Source of the DNA: a virus
Taxonomy: Duplodnaviria > Heunggongvirae > Uroviricota > Caudoviricetes
IMG/VR virus record: IMGVR_UViG_2737471818_000008
Length of the DNA stretch: 15,982 nucleotides
Direction: 5' to 3' (one strand)
Under the pieces are notes generated by a model. It saw only the letters and a list, made by a program, of their open reading frames with translations. It was not told the origin of the DNA and ran no database searches. Both the position numbers and the translations under genes were made by a program. Position 1 is the stretch's first letter. Every line of letters begins with the position of its first letter. Shown piece after piece: positions 7,638-14,233 of the stretch.

Positions 7638-9439
7638 AAAACGCACCGAGTCTAAAATATCAGCCGAAGGATAAATTCACTGAGGTAATCATTTTTGCCG
7701 GGACGGATGCTTACGCCCATGCTCAACACTGGATTGAAAGTGAAGGACGAAAACACGGCGATAACGTGCCTCCTGTTTACCTGGGGCCAAAGCAACTGGC
7801 AGACCTGGCGAATATCCGCATTATTGACGAGAAACGCCGTTTTGCGCGTGTCTATATCGCGGGGGAGATAGAGCCAATCCAGATCAATACTATCGCTGAA
7901 AAGCTGGCGCTGGCTGGCGTACAGGAGGCGAAATTATACAAAGGTATCACCGACCAGGAACCGGAGAACTGGCGCGACTACCTGCAACGGATCCGCGAAC
8001 AGGCTGAGCACGGGGAAGTTTCAGTGATGAAATTAGCTACAAAAAATAGTGGTCTACCCAAGCCTGCATTAAATCAGATGGGAGCCAGCCAGAGAGGGGA
8101 GGTGTTACTTGAACATTATGGAGGAGCACTGGCGATAAATGATGATTCTGATGTAGTTCACCATTACAACGGAATTGTTTGGGAGCCTGTATCTGATAAA
8201 GAACTCCAGCGGTCTATGGCGAAGATTTTTATTGATGCCGAAATTAGTTATTCGCAAAACGCCATTAAATTTGCCGTAGAGACAATGAAATTGAGTCTAC
8301 CTGTTATGGGGGGAGCGGACAGAAATCTTATTGGGTTCAGTAACGGTGTTTTTGATATCAGGACAGGAAATTTTCGGGAACACAACAAAAATGACTGGTT
8401 GTTAAATGCCAGTGAATTACCGTTCAGCCCGCCAGAAGAGGGGGAAACGCTGGCAACACATGCGCCGAATTTCTGGAAGTGGTTGCGTCGTTCGGTGGCG
8501 GATAATGCTCGTAAAGCGGATCGCGTACTGGCGGCATTATTCATGGTACTGGCGAACCGGTACGACTGGCAGTTATTCCTTGAGGTAACGGGGCCGGGCG
8601 GAAGCGGTAAAAGTGTGATGGCGGAGATTTGTACCATGCTGGCGGGTAAGGCCAATACAGTATCGGCGAGCATGAAGGCGCTGGAAGACGCGAGGGAACG
8701 AGCGTTAGTGGTAGGATATTCTCTGATTATCATGCCTGACATGACCCGCTACGCAGGTGATGGTGCTGGGATTAAGGCCATTACAGGCGGTGACAAGGTG
8801 GCTATCGATCCGAAACACAAAGCGCCCTATTCCACGCGCGTTCCTGCGGTAGTGCTGGCAGTAAACAATAATGCCATGTCATTCAGCGACCGTAGTGGGG
8901 GGATCTCGCGTCGACGAGTGATATTTAATTTCTCTGAGGTTGTACCAGAGAACGAACGCGATCCGATGCTGGCGAAAAAGATAGAAGGGGAACTGGCCGT
9001 AGTGATTCGCCATTTGCTTACACGATTTGCCGACCAGGACGAAGCGAAAAGACTACTTTATGAGCAGCAAAAATCAGAAGAAGCACTGTTAATAAAGCGT
9101 GAAGGTGATTCGCTGGTGGACTTCTGCGGTTATCTGATGTCGTTGGTTAAATGTGAGGGGATGATAGTAGGTAATGCAGAAATAGTGCCATTTAGCCCGA
9201 GGCGATATCTGTATCATGCTTATTTGGCTTATATGTCTGCGCATGGTCTGGGAAAACCGGTATCACTGACACGCTTTGGTACAGATATGCCAGGGGCAAT
9301 GGCTGAGTACGGAAAGGAGTACAAGCGGGCTAAATGCACTAAAGGTCCAGATAAAGGGCGAACGATCACAAATGTTCTGTTAGATAAAGATGCTGATGGA
9401 TGGTTACCAGCAGCGGCAGGCATTAACGACAGAACATGA
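7634..9439 (+). CDS. Phage/plasmid primase, P4 family (primase-helicase with C-terminal NTPase domain)
   Basis: 601-aa ORF with GTG start and GGGAGG upstream. Walker A GPGGSGKS and a downstream Walker-B-like acidic motif; overall architecture typical of P4 alpha-like / PICI pri-rep proteins. An iteron array follows immediately. Confidence 0.88.
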   Translation: MKNAPSLKYQPKDKFTEVIIFAGTDAYAHAQHWIESEGRKHGDNVPPVYLGPKQLADLANIRIIDEKRRFARVYIAGEIEPIQINTIAEKLALAGVQEAKLYKGITDQEPENWRDYLQRIREQAEHGEVSVMKLATKNSGLPKPALNQMGASQRGEVLLEHYGGALAINDDSDVVHHYNGIVWEPVSDKELQRSMAKIFIDAEISYSQNAIKFAVETMKLSLPVMGGADRNLIGFSNGVFDIRTGNFREHNKNDWLLNASELPFSPPEEGETLATHAPNFWKWLRRSVADNARKADRVLAALFMVLANRYDWQLFLEVTGPGGSGKSVMAEICTMLAGKANTVSASMKALEDARERALVVGYSLIIMPDMTRYAGDGAGIKAITGGDKVAIDPKHKAPYSTRVPAVVLAVNNNAMSFSDRSGGISRRRVIFNFSEVVPENERDPMLAKKIEGELAVVIRHLLTRFADQDEAKRLLYEQQKSEEALLIKREGDSLVDFCGYLMSLVKCEGMIVGNAEIVPFSPRRYLYHAYLAYMSAHGLGKPVSLTRFGTDMPGAMAEYGKEYKRAKCTKGPDKGRTITNVLLDKDADGWLPAAAGINDRT

Positions 9440-9473
9440 TACGAAATTTATAAGTTGAAACTTAAAAGTAGAC

Positions 9474-9806
9474 GGTTGGTAGACAGATACACTTAACCCT
9501 CTACCAACCATCTACTAATTAATGTTTTGAATTATATAGGTATTTTTAATGTGGTAGAGAGGTGGACAGTTTATTTTATATTTCTAAACCACGGGGGTAT
9601 CTAAAAATAGATAGTTATGGGTTCATTTTTAAAATTTTTCTTTTAACTATCTACACTGTCTACCATTTAGTAAAAATCATTAATTATCAATGTATTAATA
9701 CGGTAGAGAGTTGGTAGACAGTTTGCAGATTGTTTTTTGTTATGTGTGAACAACATTAAATAAATCAATCAATTATATCGATAGACAGTTGGTAGACAGT
9801 TGTAAC
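9474..9806. repeat. Iteron array, probable replication origin: about 8-9 copies of GGTAGA(C/G)AG(TT) in both orientations in an AT-rich segment
   Basis: Seen directly: GGTTGGTAGACAG (9474-9486) with inverted partner CTACCAACCA (9501-9510); GTGGTAGAGAGGTGGACAGTT (9551-9571); ACTGTCTACCA (9655-9665, inverted); CGGTAGAGAGTTGGTAGACAGTT (9701-9723); tandem TAGACAGTTGGTAGACAGTT (9782-9801). Directly downstream of the primase gene. Confidence 0.65.
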
Positions 9807-9807
9807 G

Positions 9808-10350
9808 ATGGGGCAAAGCATGACTAAGCTGACCATTAACAGAAAACCGAAAGGCATTTACGGCACGCCGCAGAAAACGACGCAGGCGGCACAGGAGCAG
9901 GATAAAACCACGTCGGCGCATAAAGTGATGCCCGGTAACCAGAAAGCGCAGCAGAAGCCCACAGGGGCGACACCGTGGCGGCATATGACCAAGCGCCAGC
10001 GCAAAAACCGCAGGCGCATTAACCGCCTCACTGAGTTGTGGCCTGAATTATTCAGCCGGGAAGCACCGAAGCCGCTTAAGGTGGGGATATTCGACGACCT
10101 GATGCAGGATCTCGCCGTCAGGGGGCTGGCATTCGGTCTAGGGGCATTGCGTGCGACGCTGGCATCTTATGCACAGTGTCCGCGCTATTACCGCGCCTTA
10201 ATGGCTGGTGGGGTACGCTACGACCTGAAAGGCCAGCCGTGCGGCGAGGTGACACCACAGGAACAACAGGACGCAGAAACGCGGCTGGTGGCGCTGAATG
10301 AGAAGCGCAAACGTCAGCGCCGGGTAGCAAAGGAGAAAACAGGCGCATGA
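9808..10350 (+). CDS. ProQ/FinO-domain RNA-binding protein (RNA chaperone family)
   Basis: The segment ELFSREAPKPLKVGIFDDLMQDL...YAQCPRYYRALMAGGVRYDLKGQPCGEVT aligns by eye with the E. coli ProQ N-terminal FinO-like domain (PLKIGIFQDL...RVDLDGNPCGEL). Basic, low-complexity N-terminus. The start may be ATG 9808 or ATG 9820. Confidence 0.8.
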   Translation: MGQSMTKLTINRKPKGIYGTPQKTTQAAQEQDKTTSAHKVMPGNQKAQQKPTGATPWRHMTKRQRKNRRRINRLTELWPELFSREAPKPLKVGIFDDLMQDLAVRGLAFGLGALRATLASYAQCPRYYRALMAGGVRYDLKGQPCGEVTPQEQQDAETRLVALNEKRKRQRRVAKEKTGA

Positions 10351-10634
10351 TTCACGACAGCAAAGCGGAAGCACTGGAAGCGCGTGGTCTGTACCGGAGA
10401 GCGGCGGCGCGGTGGGCTGAGGTCATCATGCTGGCGAATGATGACAAGGCACGGGAACAGGCGGCAAAACGTCGCGCGGAATGTATCCGCAAGGCAGCAC
10501 GCCCACCAGCAAGGCAGGATAATTTCGGGGAGATGCGCGAAACCATCAGCCGGGCACATGCCGGGATGGGATTACATCAGCCCAATGGTAAGGCATTCAG
10601 GAAATACCCTGGATCGAAAAATTGCAGTCAGTGA
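10347..10634 (+). CDS. Small regulatory protein, possibly a PerC-family transcriptional activator
   Basis: 95-aa ORF translationally coupled to the upstream gene (ATGA overlap). The N-terminal AEALEARGLYRRAAARWAEVI resembles the conserved N-terminus I recall for PerC-family proteins. Family assignment is from memory. Confidence 0.6.
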   Translation: MIHDSKAEALEARGLYRRAAARWAEVIMLANDDKAREQAAKRRAECIRKAARPPARQDNFGEMRETISRAHAGMGLHQPNGKAFRKYPGSKNCSQ

Positions 10635-10639
10635 CGGAG

Positions 10640-10663
10640 GCCGGGATTTTTCCCGGCTTTTTT
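10640..10663 (+). terminator. Rho-independent terminator after the ProQ/PerC-like gene pair
   Basis: GCCGGGA-TTTT-TCCCGGC forms a 7-bp GC-rich stem with a 4-nt loop, followed by TTTTTT; begins 6 nt after the stop codon. Confidence 0.75.
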
Positions 10664-10675
10664 GTGCCAGTAAAA

Positions 10676-10710
10676 AGCCCGCAGCCAGAAGTGTTGCGGG
10701 CTTTGTTTTT
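10676..10710. terminator. Second hairpin terminator, possibly bidirectional
   Basis: AGCCCGCA...TGCGGGCT forms an 8-bp stem, flanked by an A-run upstream and TTGTTTTT downstream. Confidence 0.55.
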
Positions 10711-10835
10711 CAGGTGATTGAAGTCAATGGGAAGAACGCGATCATCATGCGTTATTGTTTCATAAATTGCAATGATGTAGATCGTCATTTCAGTTTGTGC
10801 AATCATAACTATTGTTTTGTTCAGGAGATATGACT

Positions 10836-11009
10836 ATGAGAAAAGCCAGCGTGAAACCTGTTTTACTCGCTCGTGATCAGATTGAAGCATTACAGCGCAT
10901 CCAGGACGAGGAACGCCGCAATTCTCCGCTGGGGATTGCTCCGAGCATTCATGAGGTCGCCCGGCGTTTAATGCAGCGGGCGCTTTATCCCGTAGAACGT
11001 CCGGCCTGA
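10836..11009 (+). CDS. Hypothetical small protein (57 aa)
   Basis: ATG at 10836 with AGGAG 8 nt upstream (the ORF track's TTG at 10812 is less likely). Charged, helical composition. Confidence 0.5.
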   Translation: MRKASVKPVLLARDQIEALQRIQDEERRNSPLGIAPSIHEVARRLMQRALYPVERPA

Positions 11010-11048
11010 TGGTCGTGATTTTTTGGTGAAAAAAGAGAGGTGGTAAAA

Positions 11049-11627
11049 ATGCCAGCAAGCAAAGAAGATTTGCGATTAAAACTGATGGAGGTGGTTAACG
11101 CTCTGTCAGAGTCGCAGGGCAGCACTCCGCAGGAGATTATCGAAATTCTGAATGCGATCCCCGCACAGGATTTCATAAAAGAGGATAACGCTAATCAAAA
11201 CATCGTCGCGTCAGTCGAAGATGAATCCTCACTGGCAGAAGCCCAGGCTAAAGCAGATTCCGCATACAGCAATATGGGCCGTCGCGCTCCAGCCCCGTTT
11301 GCTGGTGAAAAGTCGATGGATTACCGCAAGCGTGCATTAATTGGTGCACAGAAGCTGGCTAAAAAATTCAGTGATGTGGATATTCGTTCCGTTTCAGATT
11401 CTGCAACGCTGGCGGTGCTGGAAGATCAGATTTACCAGGCTGCAAAAGACAGTGTTCAGTGGGCTGTGGAAAATACGCCGGGCTATTTGCGTAAAACCGT
11501 AAGAATGGATGAAGCCGGACGGCGGATTACTGAATATCAGGGGGATCCGAATAACTGGCTTAGTGCTTTCAAAATCCCTCCCCGTCGCCTGGTCAAAATT
11601 AACGTTGCAAGCCTCGCGGGGGCATGA
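11049..11627 (+). CDS. Hypothetical acidic protein (192 aa); candidate morphogenesis/packaging-interference protein
   Basis: ATG at 11049 with GAGAGG upstream (the ORF track start 11040 is probably too early). Normal coding composition. No similarity to P4 Psu, Delta or Sid recognised. Confidence 0.65.
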   Translation: MPASKEDLRLKLMEVVNALSESQGSTPQEIIEILNAIPAQDFIKEDNANQNIVASVEDESSLAEAQAKADSAYSNMGRRAPAPFAGEKSMDYRKRALIGAQKLAKKFSDVDIRSVSDSATLAVLEDQIYQAAKDSVQWAVENTPGYLRKTVRMDEAGRRITEYQGDPNNWLSAFKIPPRRLVKINVASLAGA

Positions 11628-11691
11628 AAAACGTGCTGAGTTCAGCCCTGCCGGATTTGGCGGGGCTTATTGCTTATAACCGGATAACATT

Positions 11692-12363
11692 ATGCTTTTA
11701 ACAGAAATTGAGGCGGCGAAGCAGATTCGGGACGGACAGCTACCGTCGCCTTATCAGTTTTCCAACATGTGGCTGGTTAACCTGCGTATCACAGGAACCG
11801 GAATGGCCTACCGCGCAGAAGAAAAAGAATTTGTCTGGCGTTCACCGCAAACTTATCTCAATCCGCAGTTCCTGGAACGTTGCGCCGGAGTACCCGTAAT
11901 TATCGACCATCCCGAAAGCAAAACCCTTGAAGACGTGGGCGAACGGTCGCGCATTATTGGCACCGTCATGTTGCCGTATATTCGCGGTGACGAGGTGTGG
12001 GGCGTATGCCGGATTTACGGGCAGGAAATCATCGATTACATCCAGAAAGCACGGGGGGAGGTATCCACCAGTCCGTCGGTTGTGTTTTGTGGTGCGTCCG
12101 GTGGGGCTGAAGTTCCTGATGTAATGGGCGAGGACAATTTTTTTATTGAGGGTACGCCATTTCTTATCGATCACGTTGCACTCGTACCGTTGGGCGTATG
12201 GGATAAGGATGGGAAACCATCGGGTGTGGAGGTAACAACGCCGACAGCAGAAGAGCAGCTTGCCGGAATGGTCCGGGACGTTATTGATGCGGCCTGCAAG
12301 CCAGCCCTGGAAAAACTGGAAGAAATATCCGGGCGGCTGGCTCAACTGGAAAAAGAAGGGTGA
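11692..12363 (+). CDS. Hypothetical protein (223 aa); weak prohead-protease-like motifs
   Basis: Clean ORF. Contains IIDHPES, FCGASGGAE and LIDHVAL, which could correspond to a His/Ser protease arrangement. Speculative. Confidence 0.65.
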   Translation: MLLTEIEAAKQIRDGQLPSPYQFSNMWLVNLRITGTGMAYRAEEKEFVWRSPQTYLNPQFLERCAGVPVIIDHPESKTLEDVGERSRIIGTVMLPYIRGDEVWGVCRIYGQEIIDYIQKARGEVSTSPSVVFCGASGGAEVPDVMGEDNFFIEGTPFLIDHVALVPLGVWDKDGKPSGVEVTTPTAEEQLAGMVRDVIDAACKPALEKLEEISGRLAQLEKEG

Positions 12364-12369
12364 GTCATA

Positions 12370-12897
12370 ATGCTGATGAGTAAGGCAGAATATGCCAAAC
12401 ACAAAGGCGTAAGCCGCCAGACAGTTTACGACTGGATCGAGAAAGGCGAAGTGGTCATGTCCGGTAAAAAAATCGATGTGGAAGCGACAGAGCAGCGGAA
12501 CAGCCCACCAGCACAGGGAAAAGACACAGTTTCTGAAATGTGGCCAGAGAGAACGCTGGAAATGACGTGGGGCGAGTTCTGGAAAGCAGTTAAGGCCAGA
12601 GACGGTAAAATTCCTGCGCCAGCAACGGACGAGGGCATACAGCAGCGTGTGCTGGATGCAGCCGGGGAATTAGGCTGGGAAGTGCACTTTCTTGATGATG
12701 GTGCTATCTGCCTTGAGGATTGCGACGGGCAGCATTACTTTGAACAATACAATTTGCGAGGTAATGCCAGGCTGGCAATTCGTATGCTGCGTTGCGAACT
12801 CTGCTATGTTGCAGGTGATTATGCCGATGAACTGGAATCATGGAGTGAAGCCGGGCTAAACGCCCTGGCTGAATGGGAAAAATCAGACCATCAATGA
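12370..12897 (+). CDS. HTH DNA-binding protein (175 aa); candidate small-terminase-like / packaging-redirection or regulatory protein
   Basis: The N-terminal SKAEYAKHKGVSRQTVYDWIEKGEV is a recognisable helix-turn-helix. The gene is followed immediately by a structured repeat array. Confidence 0.65.
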   Translation: MLMSKAEYAKHKGVSRQTVYDWIEKGEVVMSGKKIDVEATEQRNSPPAQGKDTVSEMWPERTLEMTWGEFWKAVKARDGKIPAPATDEGIQQRVLDAAGELGWEVHFLDDGAICLEDCDGQHYFEQYNLRGNARLAIRMLRCELCYVAGDYADELESWSEAGLNALAEWEKSDHQ

Positions 12898-12901
12898 CAT
12901 C

Positions 12902-13195
12902 AAAAAGTGTCAAGTTGAGCAGCTTGCCGGGTTGACACTTTACACTCTGAACGCGAAAAAGTGTCAACCTCGCTGTAAGCCCCGCCGTTACTGGCCTTGC
13001 GCCAGATTTACCACGTCAAAAAGCCGAAAAAATCGCGAAAAGTGTCAAGTTGACATGCTTAGAAATGCCAGGGATGGTTAAGTTTTGTTAAGGTTTTTCG
13101 TGAAAAAGTGTCAAGTGTGTCAACCTACGATATTAAGATTTATTAAGGTCTTAAGCCGGAAAGTGTCAACCAGCCCCTAAGATTTCCTAAGGTGT
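12902..13195. repeat. Two-motif repeat array: at least 6 copies of (A)AAGTGTCAA(C/G) interleaved with 3 copies of TAAG(A/T)TTT-NN-TAAGGT; candidate packaging (cos/pac) recognition or operator region
   Basis: Seen directly: GTGTCAAG (12907-12914) with inverted GTTGACAC (12931-12938); GTGTCAAC (12961-12968); palindrome GTGTCAAGTTGACA (13042-13055); tandem GTGTCAAG-TGTGTCAAC (13108-13124); GTGTCAAC (13163-13170). Interleaved TTAAGTTTTGTTAAGGT (13079-13095), TTAAGATTTATTAAGGT (13132-13148), CTAAGATTTCCTAAGGT (13177-13193). Confidence 0.6.
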
Positions 13196-13200
13196 AAATC

Positions 13201-13383
13201 ATGACCATCACCGAAGCCGATATGCTGGAGATGATCCGCAGCATTGCCGGAATCAAACAACCAGCAAGCAAAATTAACAGGTGTTCAGCGCCTGTTTCCG
13301 TTGTGCTGCAACAGGAATGCCACCAGCGGCGGGAAAACGAAAAGGCGTACCAATGGACGAAGCCAAACAAGTTACGGCGTTAA
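13201..13383 (+). CDS. Hypothetical small protein (60 aa)
   Basis: ATG with AAGGTG 7 nt upstream, directly after the repeat array; followed by a hairpin. Confidence 0.4.
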   Translation: MTITEADMLEMIRSIAGIKQPASKINRCSAPVSVVLQQECHQRRENEKAYQWTKPNKLRR

Positions 13384-13392
13384 TTAGGAATA

Positions 13393-13415
13393 CGGGCTGA
13401 GATAGCCCGCATTTT
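13393..13415. terminator. Short hairpin between convergent genes (weak, possibly bidirectional terminator)
   Basis: CGGGCT-GAGAT-AGCCCG forms a 6-bp stem, followed by CATTTTG; sits in the 34-bp gap between the plus ORF ending at 13383 and the minus ORF ending at 13418. Confidence 0.35.
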
Positions 13416-13417
13416 GC

Positions 13418-13675
13418 TCACAGCTTGTTATACATTTTTCCAGCGAAGTCATGAACCGCCTGAGGAATATCCGACGGCGTACCTAGCATTGTTGGCGCAT
13501 CGGAAACAAAGAACATGATCGCTTCTTTGATTTCTTCGAAAGATGGGGTAGGGGTAATGCGCTTGAGATTTGAAACCGCCCGTAGGAACTCCGCCGTATC
13601 CATTGGATGCCTGCTAAACCACGTTGGACGAGAAGCCCAACATTTTACTGCTTCTTTCACCTTAGTGTTCATCAT
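13418..13675 (-). CDS. Hypothetical protein (85 aa), minus strand
   Basis: ORF with AAGGA 5 nt upstream of its ATG on the minus strand; convergent with the 13201-13383 gene. No family recognised. Confidence 0.3.
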   Translation of the reverse strand: MMNTKVKEAVKCWASRPTWFSRHPMDTAEFLRAVSNLKRITPTPSFEEIKEAIMFFVSDAPTMLGTPSDIPQAVHDFAGKMYNKL

Positions 13676-14233
13676 TTTTCCTTTTGCTTATTACCATACA
13701 AAGCATGTGGAAAGAGAAGATTAACATGGAAAATATGGAGTTGGTGAGCAAATGAAAGGTACTGGTAGCCTGTCGACATCTATCAGCATGATGATGTGAG
13801 ACCGTATCAGTGGCGGAAACCGAACAGGCTGCGACGGTGAGCGGAGCGTTACGGTAAGCCAACAGCCAAGCCAAACATTAAGTCTACAGGTAAGGTTGTT
13901 TTTTTGCAGGTGGCATTAATTTGTATGTTGGTTTGAGGAGCATTTTTACTGAGACTGCCTGTTCTGGTTAGTTTTTTCGTATGATATACACCTCATCAAA
14001 ATTGTCCGACAGTGTGGAGCGGCGTGGCGGGGAGAGTATTGTGTGCTAGAGATTATAGTTACACTTTAATCTACGACACGATCGTAATTTTTCACTCTTC
14101 TTTTCAGATAAGCTACTACTGAGTTCACAAAAATAACATTATTTTATATCCATGTGTTATCTTTATCTGATATTAATGTGCTGTTCGGTCTTTTTTTGAC
14201 TGCAAACGGCATTAATCATATTAAGGAAACCAA

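Noticed and set aside
7194-7646. Minus-strand ORF of 150 aa
   Set aside because: Antisense to three coupled plus-strand genes; translation is low-complexity and Phe/Ser-rich.
8248-8742. Minus-strand ORF of 164 aa inside the primase gene
   Set aside because: Antisense to the primase region containing the Walker A motif.
9474-9806. Possible CRISPR array (iteron repeats)
   Set aside because: Repeats are about 10-12 bp, irregularly spaced and in both orientations; CRISPR repeats are longer with regular unique spacers. Better explained as origin iterons.
11049-12363. Identification of the mid-sized genes as P4 psu/delta/sid
   Set aside because: Sizes are roughly compatible, but I see no sequence resemblance to P4 Psu, Delta or Sid as I recall them, and the gene order and orientation relative to int differ from P4.
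11842-12402. Minus-strand ORF of 186 aa, plus ORFs 11708-11899 and 11927-12124
   Set aside because: Overlap the well-formed 223-aa ORF in other frames; composition typical of off-frame artefacts.
12902-13195. Possible CRISPR array or lambda-type cosN
   Set aside because: Two short interleaved motifs without regular spacers rule out CRISPR. The GC-rich CCCCGCCG at about 12980-12987 only loosely resembles the complement of lambda cosN, so no specific cos identity is claimed.
13752-13799. 15-codon mini-ORF (MKGTGSLSTSISMMM) in the intergenic region as a leader peptide
   Set aside because: No RBS, no associated attenuator structure; indistinguishable from chance.
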